Shown here: positions 12,200 through 25,099 of the stretch, piece by piece
How positions within the stretch are numbered: the first letter of the stretch is position 1
Layout: each line of letters begins with the position of its first letter
Assembly (NCBI GenBank): GCA_964016885.1
Contig: OZ024740.1
Coordinates: forward strand, 85,498,001-85,562,000
DNA: 64,000 bases
Source of the DNA: Eledone cirrhosa
Lineage: Eukaryota
Reading direction: 5' to 3'
Notes under the pieces: model-generated
Databases searched by the model: none
The model's input: only the letters and a program-made list of their open reading frames with translations
Told to the model about the DNA's origin: nothing
Program-made: the position numbers and the translations under genes

Positions 12200-15100
12200 A
12201 ATTTCGACCGCGGATGGCTAACATAACCCCATCGCGCCCCCGCCCCCCACCGCCCCCAACCCCCAAACGCAATCCAAAACTTCAGAGTTGGTACCATAAA
12301 TGTAGGCACCCTAAAGGGTCGCGCTAACGAGGTTGTAGAAATGCTTGAACGTAAGGAGGTCAATGTTTGTTGTATTCAAGAGACCAGGTGGAGGGGTGGG
12401 TCTGCTAGATTCATTGAGGGTAAAAAACGATGTTATAAGCTTTTCTGGGTGAGAAACGACGATGGGCTGGGTGGAGTAGGAATCATGGTAGCAGAAAAGT
12501 GGGCAGATAAGATAATAGACGTAAATAGAGTGAACGACAGAATAATTAAAATACCACTTGTCCTCAATAGAACTACGGTGACAGTAATATCTGCGTACGC
12601 ACCCCAATCCGGACTGCCTGGCGCTATAAAAGACACTTTCTATGAGACACTGATGCTAACTACCTCCCAAATATCCGACAGTGACTATATAATTATTGCA
12701 GGCGACCTAAATGGTCACGTTGGACAACATTGTGACGGCTACGACGAAATCCATGGAGGCTATGGGTTTGGTACTAGAAATGAGGAAGGCTCCAGAATCC
12801 TGGAATTCTGTGATGCAAATAACCTAACTATCTGTAACACTAACTTCAAAAAAACGTGACAATCACCTGATCACCTATAGATCCGGGGAACACACAAGCC
12901 AGGTAGATTATATCCTTACCAGAAGACGTGACAGAGTGTCTGTTGTAAACACTAAATCCCTCCCCCATGAAGAATGCACCTCCCACCATAGACTGATAAT
13001 TAGCGACCTCATAGTCAGGACGAGACGTACTCGACAGCAGAAGAGGACTATCCTCAGGAGAAAAATATGGAAGCTAAAGGACCCCACAGCCAGAAATAAA
13101 TTTCAAAGCATATTACTTGATGCTTTCGACAGTAAGGAAGAACATTTAGAGTCGGACAATATAGAGGGACAGTGGGAATTTCTGAAAGCAAACCTGCTGT
13201 TGGCGACAGAGGAGGTCTGTGGCTGGAGCAGGCCTGTAGGCAGGAGGAGAGTAACATGGTGGTGGAACAGTAAGGTGGAGGGGTCAATTAAGGCCAAAAA
13301 GCAGGCTTGGAATGTATGGTGGGATGGGGGAAGTAGAGAAGACTATCAAGTGGCCAGGAGGGAAGCTAGGAGACAAGTGTACACACCATGGTCACCCGCA
13401 TAGTTAACCAAGTCGTACAGAATGGGGTTGTTCCGAAGGACTGGCATAGCAGCATCATCGTTAACTGTTATAAGGGTAAAGGAGACGCCCTAGATAGGAG
13501 TAACTATAGAGGCATTAATCGACCAGGTCATGAAGGTCACGGAAAAAGTAATAGCACAACTAATCAGAGAGAGAATTGACCTAGATGAAATGCAGTTCGG
13601 GTTTGTGTCAGGCAAAAGTACCACAGACGCTCTTTTCATTGTACGACAACTACAGGAGAAGTACCTAGCTAAAGGTAAACCCCTCTACTTAGCTTTTGTC
13701 GACTTGGAGAAAGCCTTCGACAGAGTCCCCCGCTCCATTATCTGGTGGGCTCTTAGAAAACTAGGCGTTGACGAATGGCTTGTGAGAGCTATACAAGCCA
13801 TGTATAAAGAAACAGTCAGCAAGGTAAGAATTAACAACGAATATAGTGAAGAGTTTAGTGTAAAAGTTGGCGTCCATCAGGGCTCTGTTCTCAGCCCCCT
13901 ACTATTTATTATTGCCCTTCAGGCTATAACAGAGGAGTTCAAGACCGGCTGCCCATGGGAACTCCTATACGCAGACGACCTGACACTCATAGCGGAATCA
14001 ATGGCCGAGCTAGAGAAGAAATTCCAAACATGGAAGCACGGCCTAGAATCAAAAGGACTTAAAATTAACCTGGCTAAGACTAAAGTTCTAGTTTGTAGGA
14101 AAGAAAATAAGGCGGCGGTCCCTTCTGGGAAATGGTCGTGCTCGGTGTGTAGGAAAGGCGTAGGTAGAAACCCCATTTTATGTCCTAAATGCAAAGTATG
14201 GGTGCATAAAAGATGTAGTGGGATCACAGGTAAGCTAACTAAGAACATAGATTTTACATGTGGCCGGTGCTCTGGTGCAATAAGTAGCAGCAAGTGCCCA
14301 CAAAATACTAGCTCTTTCAATTGCGCAGAGGGTTCTATAGAAATAGTGGACAGTTTCCGTTACCTGGGTGATAAAATCAGTAGTGGGGGAGGGTGCTCTG
14401 AAAGTACAGTAGCTAGAGTCAGAACTGGTTGGAAAAAGTTCAGAGAGCTTATACCACTATTAGCTGCTAAAGGGTTCTCCCTGAAAATGAAAGGCAGGTT
14501 GTACGATGCCTGCATACGAACAGCAATGTTGCATGGCAGTGAGACCTGGGCATTGTGTGCAGAGGATATACGCAGACTAGAGAGGAACGAAGCTTGCATG
14601 CTCCGCTGGATGTGTAACAGTAATATACGTGAACGGCAAAGCATAAACGAACTAAGGAAAAAATTAGAAATAAGAGGGATCAGATGTTGTTTACTCGAGA
14701 GAAGGCTGCGTTGGTATGGACACGTGATGCGCATGAAAGTCGATAGCTGTATAACAAAGTGCAGGGCAATAAAGATAGACGGTAGCCACGGAATAGGCAG
14801 ACCTAGAAAAACCTGGGACGAGCTGATAAACTCCGACCTCACACACTTACACCTCTCCAAGACAATGTCACTGGACCGAGACCTTTGGCGGTACTCAGTA
14901 ACAGAGAAGACCCGCCTTACCTAAATACATAGTAAAACCTACTCCAGCCAGTAGGCATCTCTAACAAAATACACCCCGTCCCACCACCCCCACCCCCACC
15001 CCATCCACACCACCCCGTTCTATGTAAAGTTATGTTGGTGCCGCGCCATCGAGGCCAAAACAAATGAGATCGTGTAGGTGTCACGACAAAAAAACACACT

Positions 15101-15317
15101 GTCCACGCTGTAATGTGGCCGTGTAGGCAACACGGTAAAAACCTCCCAGACCCACACTGTAAATGTGGTTGGTGTTAGGAAGGGCATCCAACTGTAGAAA
15201 ACCTGCCAGACAGTCCTATGCGAGCAAGACAATCACTCTTGCCTCAAGTGGGACTACCCCCGTCCAAACCCATGCAAGCGTGGAACACGGACGTTAAACG
15301 TTGATGATGATGATGAT
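12200..15317 (+). mobile_element. Near-full-length RTE-clade LINE (APE endonuclease + reverse transcriptase), frameshifted and internally deleted
   Basis: APE motifs (GTINVGTL, CCIQETRW, SAYAPQ, AGDLNGHVG) at 12280-12859; RT motifs (QFGF, AFVDLEKAFD, GVHQGSVLSP, LLYADD) in ORF 13530-14924; 3' UTR ends acccatgcaagcgtggaacacggacgttaaacg(ttg)(atg)n. Confidence 0.95.
13530..14924 (+). pseudogene. RT portion of LINE ORF (464 aa open) with PHD-like Cys/His finger insert
   Basis: ORF track; YADD catalytic motif; CSVC..CPKC..VHKRC..CGRC; separated from the APE part by frameshifts near 12855 and 13515. Confidence 0.9.
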
Positions 15318-16104
15318 ATTAAATATTGTCATACACTCAACCCCACCTCAGTGCTCCCCACCTCTACTCCATTGTTACAATCATCTGCCCACCCACTAAT
15401 TAACTTTATCATCAGGTGACACGAGTTCCCAGTGGAAGGAAGCTGCAGAAGGAAGACCACTGAAGGCCTGGATCTCAAAATGTGAAACCTGTCAGAGGAG
15501 ATGATAAAGGAAAGTAGAAAGTGAATGAAAGCTGTATTAAAGACCCATCTAACCCCTGCAAGCATGGAAGCACGTTTGTAAAAGGATGATGATAATGATG
15601 ATGATATATCATCATCATATATAAGCCGAAGTGTAGGCAACCCGTCTAGGAGAGCAAATAAATTGGCGTGGGTGGTGAAGCCTCCTAAGCCCAGTAGATG
15701 ACTTCCCTAGTGCTGATGGCACAAATAAAAGCACCCAGTCCATGCTGTAAAGTGGTGCTGGTGATAGGAAGGGCATCCAACCAGTATATTATTAATTATG
15801 AGTCCAACATACAAATATAACGATGATATATATATATACATATTAACAGTCAATTGACTTTCATCAAATTGGACTGAGGAAACAATGCTTACATTGGTCT
15901 TTCCAATTGCTAATACTAGCTATTGGTTGCAACTCCAGGTAGAAGCAGCAACATGAAATAAAGTGTCTTGCTCAAGAACATAACGCATCATCTGGTCCAG
16001 GAATTTTATATATATTTGTTCCAAAGAGAATGTTTTGGTAAAAACAGGAGCAAGCAGGAGAAAGCTCTCAACATTCATAGTTTTTAGTTACGATAGACAT
16101 TTTA

Positions 16105-18320
16105 TAAGAATAACAAAAATAATAATGCTGATGTTACATAAATCGTTTAATCATTATAATTATAATTATTCCCACAGTTCTCCATGCAATCGAGAAGTCC
16201 TTTGTACTTTTGTTGTTGTTATGAGAACGGTATCCTCAGATGAAAAAAAAACAATTTAGTGATATGCTGCTGGCAGGAAAAAACACGTCTACTGCTTGTG
16301 TGCCCAGCAGACATATGAGTTCCTGAAAGGGTCTCCCAGCCATCGTGCTTGCTGGAGCAAGATGTTATCAATGTGTCAATTAGTGAAAAACACGCATCCC
16401 CAACGGGGTTGAGGTCGTAAATCAGTAGAGAGGTAATGCTGTGTTGATCTGTATCAAACGAAAAACTATGCGTAACCATAGCCCGTTAGATAGTAGAAGT
16501 AACAAATGTAACTCTGAGGCAGGGTGGGGTATATATTTTGTTGACAGCCACATTCAAGACAACAGTTACAACAGCAACAACAGTTGTAACTTCAATGGTA
16601 TTAACACTATCAAAAGGGGCTGCTAGACCTTGTAAGTGAGCTGTGGGAAGTGAAAATAGGGACAGAAAAAACATACAGATATAAATTCATGCACACATAT
16701 AGAGAACAAAGATTATACATAAATACAACAGTAGGTATACATACGGATAACAAGGAACACGAAACCAAGGGATATAAAACACGGACCCTCAGAGACTCCA
16801 GTCATGCATACAGGCTATCCAGTGTTCGCCTGATGCTGGGGTCGTTGTGTGGCCATGTCCGCCTCCTACAGTCAGGCTTAGCACTGGCCCTCAACCAGTA
16901 CAACTATATTGTTAATCAGTACAGTCTGAGGGATGTTCCAGTTGATCTGTGGTGGCAGGTGCTGAACAGGTTACTCCTTTTATTGTCGTGGTCCAAGTTG
17001 CCTCAGCCTAACCTTACAGAGGAGGTGGGCATGACTATTGCAATTCTGGTGTCACCGAGATTATGGAGATAACCAGTGTTTGCCTCTCGATTATCTCCAT
17101 AATCTCGGTGACACAAGGATTGCATGAGTCATGCCCCCCTCCTCTGTAAGGTTAGGCTGAGGTAACCTTGGACCATGACAAGGTTTATTCCAAGTTGTCA
17201 TGTTTGAGACATCACACCAGTTGAGAGAGTGAGGTGCTGTTTTTCTTATCCCATCTTCTAAAGTTGTGGCTCCGATATAGGTGAAGGTTTGGTTATTGGT
17301 ACTCACCCTACATTCATAGACTAAGCCACTGCTAAGGCACCCTCCTTCCAGAAGGCAGTTACCAGGTTTTCTAAAATTATAGCTCAGAGATGTTGCTGCC
17401 TGGATTACCGGATTGCGCTGTATGATTCCTTGGTCGTTCATGGTTCATAATGTTACCATCGGAGGAAGAAGCATGGTGTTGCTCGCCTCCTCCTGATCGC
17501 TGACCACCCCCCAGAGTCGTGGACGTTTTTCCATTTACTTTGGTTTAAGGCTTCTAAATTTTGAGCTAGGTTTCTAGTTGTGGAGTAGGACAATTTAATT
17601 GTGTGCCTGTTGAAAATGGCATGGTACCTGTGCTGTTTAGGGAAGTGCTTATCCAAGGCCCTGAAAAAAGAGGCTGCAAGGTTGCTGTGAGGTCACGATG
17701 ACTACTATGGCCAATGTAGGTGGCGTTGGTTGGTGTTTGCTGTTGTTGTTGTTGCTGTTGTAGCTATTTACTGTAGCTGTTGTTATCATTGCTGTTGTCA
17801 GTGGGGTAGTAATATCATTACGACTGGTGTGCCCAGTGTAGGCGACTTTGGTCAGTATTTGCTGTTGTTGTTGTCGTTGTAGCTGTTGCCTTAATGTGGC
17901 TGTCAACAAAATATATACCCCACCCTCCCTCAGAGTTACATTTGTTACTTCTACTATCTAATGGGCTATGGTTACGCATAGTTTTTCGTTTAATACAGAT
18001 CAACACAGCATTACCTCTCTACTGATTTACGACCTCAACCCCGTTGGGGATGCGTGAATCCTGTTTTTCACTAATTGACACATTGATAACATCTTGCTCC
18101 AGCAAGCACGATGGCTGGGAGACAGTTTCAGGAACTCATATATCTGCTGGGCACACAAGCAATAGGACGTGTTTTTTCCTGCCAGCAGCATATCACTAAA
18201 TCGTTTTTTTTCATCTGAGGATACCGTTCTCATAACAACAACAAATGCATGAAGAACCGTGGAAATAATTGTAATGATTAAATGATTTATGTAACGTCAG
18301 CATTATTATTTTTGTTATTT
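16105..18320 (-). mobile_element. Penelope-like element remnant with ~450-bp inverted terminal repeats
   Basis: Minus-strand fragments DKHFPKQHRYHAIFNRHTIKLSYST and CLLEGGCLSSGLVYECRV..FTYIGAT (PLE linker + GIY-YIG); 16105-16555 is the reverse complement of 17893-18320. Confidence 0.85.
18211..18277 (+). ncRNA. Type I hammerhead ribozyme motif (slightly degenerate)
   Basis: tcat-CTGAGGA-taccgttct..agaaccgtg-GAAA-taattg-TA-atga; the inverted copy near 16155-16242 has GGAA in place of GAAA. Confidence 0.6.
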
Positions 18321-18669
18321 TATATATATATATATATATATACAAACTTACAAAATTATTATTTAAAACACCACAATCCAGAAGTGGTCTCTGATTCTTG
18401 TTACATAATCAAATTAATTGAATACTCTAACGGAATAATGCTATAATTCTCTGTACATATATATGTATATATATGGTATATGTTATATATATATATATAT
18501 ATACAGGAATTTTCATAAAATTGTAGGAATCTCAAAAGTGGAAGTAGCTGTTAAACAGTCAGCTGCTAATATGTATAGCACAATTTTGGATTAATACATA
18601 ACCTATAAGTGGAAGATCATTCAGAGATGAAGGGAGCGAGGGAGAGTCTAAAGTATAAGATGAGAAATA

Positions 18670-18700
<31 letters not shown>

Positions 18701-19032
18701 TGACTTAGACTTTCTCTCTCTTCCGTTGCTACATACATGTGCTTCTCGAGTTTCCTTATTTGGTATGTTTTTTCCCATTTTTTTCTTCCTTTTTTCCTTC
18801 TGTTATATTTTTTCTCTCTCTCCTTTTTTCCCCCAATAACTTCCTTTAGTTATTGATACACTGGAGCTAGACATATTGTCTTTAATGTGTAGAAATGTCC
18901 GTGATCTCCAGCAGACAACTGATGAAGGGAAATATCCCCCGTTCTTGCCTTCCTCTTATTTATAAATACACTTTATCCAGCAACCACACAGCCCCTGTTT
19001 CTTCAAAAAAAGAAAAAAATATATAAATAAAT

Positions 19033-19068
<36 letters not shown>

Positions 19069-19472
19069 AGCAAGACATGGTCACCTGACCTGGCATTGCT
19101 CACAACAGGATAACTCATCGAACCCATGCCAGCGTGGAAACATGGATGTTAAATGGTGGTGATGATGATGATGATATATCCAGCCGTAGAAAACCTGCCA
19201 GACAGTCCTATACGAGCGAGATAACCAATCTTGCCTCAAGTGGGATAATTCCCGTCTAAACCCATGCTAGCATGGAAGATAGACGTTAAACGATGATGAT
19301 GATATATATTTCACTTTCTGTCTTTCATATCTTCATTGTTTCCTTCTCTCTCTTCACGTCACATTCTTTACACCCTCCCCTCCACTCACACTAACCCGGC
19401 ATTAGTGCCCTAGTTAATTCAGCATGTATGTAGAAATTTTGCAAATGAAAGTCAGAAGGAGGGTACCCCTAC

Positions 19473-19594
19473 CTGCAACCGATGCCATTTCTGTGCCAGG
19501 AATCTCTTTCTCTGCTCTCGCCTTCGTTCATTAAATTCTTGCAGAAATTTCTCTTCATTTAGATTTTTCAATATTTTAAGTCTTTCAGTAAATT
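19473..19594 (-). CDS. Putative internal exon, coiled-coil-like (EFTERLKILKNLNEEKFLQEFNERRREQRKRFLAQKWHRLQ)
   Basis: Acceptor tttttattgtatttgctag|, donor CAG|GTAGGG, 122 nt, phase 1 to 0, open frame; joins in frame to 8411. Confidence 0.7.
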
Positions 19595-19629
19595 CTAGCA
19601 AATACAATAAAAAATAAATAAGAAATAAG

Positions 19630-20225
19630 ATAATTATTTCTAATTTAGGCCAATAATATGTGGGCAGAAGGTCGATTACACCAACCCCAGTTCGTGAGAG
19701 GTACTTTGTTTTATCAACCTTGGAAGGATGGCAGGCAAAGTTGACCTCAGGGGAATTTGATTTCATAATGTAAAGGGCTGTAACTAAATGCTTCTAAGCA
19801 TTTTGTTTGACACTCTAATAAATCTGCCAAATAATGATTTCTTCAATAGGCACAAGGCCAGCAATTTTTGGGGAAAGGGAAAAAATCGATTAAATCAATG
19901 CCAGTGCATTACTGGTGTTTTATTTTATTGACCCCGTAAGAATGAAAGGCAAAGCGAACCTCGACGGGATTTGAACTCAGAATGTAAAGAGATGCAACTC
20001 TATGCTGCAAAGCATGGTGTTTGACACTCTACCGATACTGCCAATCTATTGACTAATAATTGTTTCTACTTTTGGCCAGCAATTATCCCAGTACATTACT
20101 GGTACTTTTATCGACCTCGTAAGGATGAAAGACAAAGTGAACCTCGGCGGGATTTGAACTCAGACCATAAAGGGGCATAACTATGCTGCAAAGCATGGCA
20201 TCCGACCTTCTACTGATACTGCCAA
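19630..20225 (-). mobile_element. Three tandem tRNA-type SINE copies
   Basis: Repeated module with B-box-like GAGTTCAAATCC (minus strand), body ctttgcctttcatcct..gtcgataaa..gtaccag and tail ggccttgtgcc..agaa; same family elsewhere in the window. Confidence 0.75.
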
Positions 20226-20779
20226 ATACATGAATATGTAACACCAAAAATGAAAAATAAAAAAAGGGAAAATAAGAGAAAAAAAAGGAAATAACTAGAT
20301 ATTGAAAAGTATAAAAACATTTGACATAAACAACTTTCATCGAAGCAGAAGTCAAGAAAAGGTCATTGTGTCATAATTTTGATCTCAAATAAGGAACTGT
20401 CACTGAGAGAAAATAGAAATGCACTGTGTATGCTTAAGCTGCAGAGGAGGAAAATATTTCTTGAGATTAATGATCCAAATAGGTCTGGAATAAAGTGGAA
20501 ACTCTAAATCATACACTTGGGGAAACGTTTTGGTAAACCGATAAGGCCGAAAATAGAAAATAGGAGATCATAGTGAGGATGACAGGAGGAGGGGGGTGTA
20601 GTGGTAGGGAAATAGCAGATCAGTGGGATGTCGATAGGAAGAGAAACTAAGCTAATAAGTTGAAATCGCTGAAATAAATCAGGAAAAATGCTAGCGCCAT
20701 ACGGAGATAGATACTGATTTAGTTACAGTATTTCAGTAGCTTTAACATTGAGGCAGTGCAGTGCAATAGTGCACATGTG

Positions 20780-20930
20780 TAGCAGTAGTAGCAGCAGTAG
20801 TAGTGTTAATAGCAGTAGCTTTAGTAGTAGTAGTAGTAGTAGTAATAGTAGTAGTAGTTGTTATAGTAACTGTAGTAGCAATAGTAGTAATAGCAGTGTT
20901 GTTGTTGTTGGTGGTGGTGATAGTAGTAGT
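20780..20930. repeat. (AGT/AGC)n trinucleotide microsatellite
   Basis: Visible. Confidence 0.85.
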
Positions 20931-21094
20931 CAGTGCTAGAAAGCCTTTTATCATAGATCTGCTAGTTCTGAGCTGACTTAGGGCTAAACATCAACAACAG
21001 ATAAACAGGAAAGAAGGGAAAATAACTTGGAGTAAAGTAAGTAGGGTGGAATATAATAGAAAGCAGGAATTAGAAACTGTTAGAATATGGTAGA

Positions 21095-21435
21095 AAGAAT
21101 TACAGATTGTGGTAGAACATAGAGGGGTGAAATTAAAGTGCGAGGTGCAATTACAATGTGGTAGAATATAGTGGGGTGGAATTACAGTGTGGTGAAATAT
21201 AGTGGGGTGGAACTACAATGTGGTAGAATATGGAGTCATGGAATTACAGTGTGGTAAAATATAGTGGGGTGGAACTACAATATGGTAGAATATAGATGGG
21301 TGGAGTTATAATGAGGTAAAATATAGTGGGGTGGAACTACAATATGGTAGAATATAGTGGGGTGGAATTACAGTGTGGTAAAATATAGTGGGGTGGAATT
21401 ACAATGTGGTAGAATATAGATGGGTGGAATTACAA
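21095..21435. repeat. 31-bp minisatellite, ~11 copies (gtggaattacagtgtggtaaaatatagtggg)
   Basis: Direct tandem periodicity. Confidence 0.9.
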
Positions 21436-21907
21436 GGTGAGCTGTTTAAAATTGGGCTTATATTTCACATGTAGTCTAGACATTTTACCTGTTGAAATAG
21501 AGCCTACATTTTACATTTGGTCAGGGTCTTTTACCTGTTAAAATGATGCCTACAATTTATATCTGATCTGGGCTTATTACCAGCTTTGGTCTATTTTGAA
21601 CTGTAGGAATTTTCTGTTTTAGAGTGCTATCAAAACCTATTTTCTCATTTGCTTAAGAATGTGCAGTATTTTCTTCTCGAGACACATGACCATACTAAAA
21701 TAATTGTCTATTATTTGTAATTCTCTTCCCTTTTTATAACATATTTTACAGTATGGCATTATCAGCATCATTAGGCATTATCTGCTCTCAACAGGTTGGA
21801 TACCATGACTTAATAGTGGTTTTTCATATTTTTCATTGCTTTTTATTAGTATCAGTTCATCAGCTTGATTCATTGATTGTTAATAAACACTAATTATTTA
21901 TCTGAAA

Positions 21908-22130
21908 AAGGACAGTGGATTGGCAGTATCGGTAGAGTGTCGAACACCCTGCTTCATAGCAGAGTTATAGCCCTTTACATTCTGAGTTCAAATCATGCCA
22001 AGGTTAGATTTGCCTTTCATCCTTACAAGGTTGATAAAATATAGTACCAGTAATGCACTGGAGTTGATTCAATTGACTTTCCTTTCCCCTTCAAATTTCT
22101 GGCCTTGTGCCTAAAGCAGAAACAATTATT
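21908..22130 (+). mobile_element. tRNA-type SINE, near full length
   Basis: A-box-like tggcagtatcggta, B-box gagttcaaatc, family body and tail ggccttgtgcctaaagcagaaac. Confidence 0.75.
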
Positions 22131-22687
22131 TAGCTGAAAAAGGGCAATAAATTGATAGTATCAAATCCTATGGAGGTTAACTTTGATTTTCTCTTTCCGA
22201 GGTCGATAAAATAATGGATCAGTCATTCAGATTAGATTTGACTTTATTCAGCATTCAGGGTCTACTTTTCATTACTTGGAGGGATGTGGTTTTCAAGCAT
22301 GTGTATCAATTGTGGGAAATGACAAACAGTTTAGGTGTGGTATAAGAAATATGGTAAGCAGAAACTGCATAGAATCCTATTGTATGTGTGTGTGTGTCTG
22401 TATTTATGTGAAACTGCTTAACAACAATTGCTATTAGTTTATATCCTGTAACTTAGCTGTTCTACAAATAGAGATTGATGAAATAAGTATCAGAAAAAAA
22501 AAAAGGGTCTGGTGTAGAGCATTGCTATTCAGTAAAAGATGAACTGTTGATGGCAGTCCTTTACTGTGGACTTGTTATTGAACAGGCCAGCAGAAAATGG
22601 ACTTCTGGTGAGGTGGGTAACAAGACCTGAACTTTAGGGGTAGATCTCTCTTTCTTACATTTGTTAATGTTTGTCATCCAATAAATA

Positions 22688-22850
22688 ATATCAACCCCGG
22701 TATAGCTTTAGTTAAACTACATGCAAAATAACAACAAACTGATTTGTTGAACTATTTGTCAATGTTTGTTGTCCAATAAATAACAGTTCAACAAATCAGT
22801 TTGTTGTTATTTTGCTTGTAGTTTAACTAAAGCTATATTGGGGTTGATAT
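22688..22850. repeat. Fold-back inverted repeat, ~65-bp arms
   Basis: atatcaacccc..agctttagttaaactac..gatttgttgaact / agttcaacaaatc..gtagtttaactaaagct..ggggttgatat. Confidence 0.85.
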
Positions 22851-23689
22851 GATTGACTAGACCCATCAAAGATATGCTCCAGCATGGCTCATTGATGAGG
22901 TGAGCGAGGAGGAGGAGGAGAGAATATAATGTAAATTTGAGATAGACAGGATTTGAACTTGAAACATACAGGAACTAAAGTACTATTAGGTATTTAGTGA
23001 GGTACTTTATTGTTTCTGTCGCTCCACTGATTCAATGTGAAGTCAAGCATTTCTTCTCTTTTCTATCGTCTTTCAGTGTATTTAACTTTTATTTAAACAA
23101 AATAGGTATTTTGTCTTTCCTTTGTTCTTAAGCTTCTTATTGTTGTTGCTGTTGTTATTTTTGCTTGTTGTTACTATTGTTGTTGTTTTTGTTGTCATTG
23201 TTGTTATTGCTTTTGTTGTCATTGTTGTTGCATTTGTTGCTGTTGTTGTAGATGTTTTTTGTTGTTGTTGTGTTTTTGAGTGTGTGAGTGTGTGTTTCCT
23301 GCGACTTTATTTAAAGAGATAATGGCCCTAGAAACAACACTCCCCACTCCTCCACTCAAGTAACAGACAAGAAAGATGATGGTAACAATTTTGTGCTGGT
23401 CGCTAGACACATTCCTAAATGCTCATTGAAGCATCACTTTCAGATTTATCTAAAATGAGCTTAGAATAGAATTCAGAATGATCAGCAGAGAAAATCATTT
23501 CCATTTTGATTCCAGACCATGTCTTCTATCGATATTGTCCATCCTGGAAAGAAAGGATGTCAACAGGAACAGAAAAAAATAAGAGCGAAAGGAGAGGAGG
23601 CAAAAAAAATAAAAAAATAAAGATGAATGAAAATATTGGTATAGTAAATAGAGAAGAGAAAGAAAACAAAAGAGTTCATTGACAAAGTG

Positions 23690-23691
23690 AG

Positions 23692-23744
<53 letters not shown>

Positions 23745-23910
23745 AATGAGAGAGAGAGATGGAGAGAAGTGAGAGAGAGAGAAGTGAGAGAGAGAGAAAT
23801 GAGAGAGAGAGATGGAGAGAAGTAAGAGAGAGAGAAATGAGAGAGAGAGATGGCGAGAAGTGAGAGAGAGAGAAATGAGAGAGAGAGATGGAGAGAAGTG
23901 AGAGAGAGAG
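23690..23910. repeat. Complex (AG)n minisatellite
   Basis: gagagagaaatgagagagagagatggagagaagt units. Confidence 0.9.
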
Positions 23911-24968
23911 ATGTTGTGCATGTATGTGTGTGTATATATATATATATATACATACACACAGGGTTATGGAGAAGAAGTGAAAAACAACGAGAAGCAAAAG
24001 AAAAATAGAAAAAATAATGACCACAACAACAATAATGTTGTTATTCCTTTCCATTCTCTTCTGTCTATTATTATTATTATTATTATTATTATTAGTAGTA
24101 GTAGTAGTTTATAGTATTTGTTGTTGTTGTTATTATGTTATTGTTATTATTATTAATAGACAGAGGATGAAGACAAAGACAGAGAGAGAGAGAGGGGGGG
24201 GGGAGAAGAAAAGAAAATAACAGTAAGAAAAGGCCCAGTCAATTATATAAGCATTATAAAAGAGTTTTCCATCAGGGTGGAAGTGGCAATGTTAAAAGAG
24301 TCTATTTTGTGCAAATCAACGAGCAGATTAACAGTCGATTTTATCACAGTAGAATAGGAAGCACTTATTCATAGCTGTGTATGTACACACAAACACATTT
24401 TCTCGCAGCATACACATACATAAATATGTTGGACAAGTGTGTTCTATTATAGCCATTTGCAAACTAATGCCTAGTGAGTGAATTTTAGAGATGGAAACTG
24501 TAGGAAACCTGACCTATATTTAAAGCGGTTGGTGTAAGGAAGGGCATCTAGATGTAGAAGCTATGCCATAACAGGGATGTATATGTGTCATGCCACCTCC
24601 TAAGCGGACAATAGCTCTAGTTAAGTACTAACTTGTCTGCAACTACCTGTCCAACCCATGCTAGTGTCGAAAAACATAAAATGATGATGATGATATATGT
24701 ATGTGCATGCATGTGAATGCTATCTTCGCCTGCTTGGGTTGCTTGATAAAAAAAAAAAATGGTCCTTTTTGTTTTTCATGCAAAGCAATTTCTTGTCATC
24801 TGAGCTTTCACAATATTGAAGATCTCTTTGTCCCCACTAAGGTTTAGATGCTACACTATAATGTCCCTATTAGGGTACAGATACTCTATAATAAAATAAA
24901 GTTGCCAGTGTTTGTTAGTTTCCTGCACTTAGAGCCTTGAAGATGACTGACAGTGGATGCTGGATATA

Positions 24969-25099
24969 CAGGGTGAGCATAAAGTCTTTCCCTGATTATA
25001 AACCTTTATTAAGCAAAACATAAACAAGATAGAAAAGCAGTTTTAGAAAAGAAAATATATGGTATTTTATAATCAGGGAAAGTCTTTATGCTCACCCTG
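24969..25099. mobile_element. Tc1/mariner-type MITE
   Basis: TA|CAGGGTGAGCATAAAG..CCCTGATTATAA ... TTATAATCAGGG..CTTTATGCTCACCCTG|TA: ~32-bp TIRs, TA target duplication. Confidence 0.85.

Noticed and set aside
13919-14860. Antisense ORFs over the RT
   Set aside because: Shadow frames of the LINE ORF.
20742-20954. Poly-Thr/poly-Ser ORFs
   Set aside because: Trinucleotide microsatellite.
23495-24054. Ser/Leu-rich ORFs and an acceptor at 23544
   Set aside because: The ORFs come from (CT)n repeats; all frames close within ~20 codons after the acceptor and there is no good donor, although a non-coding exon is not excluded.
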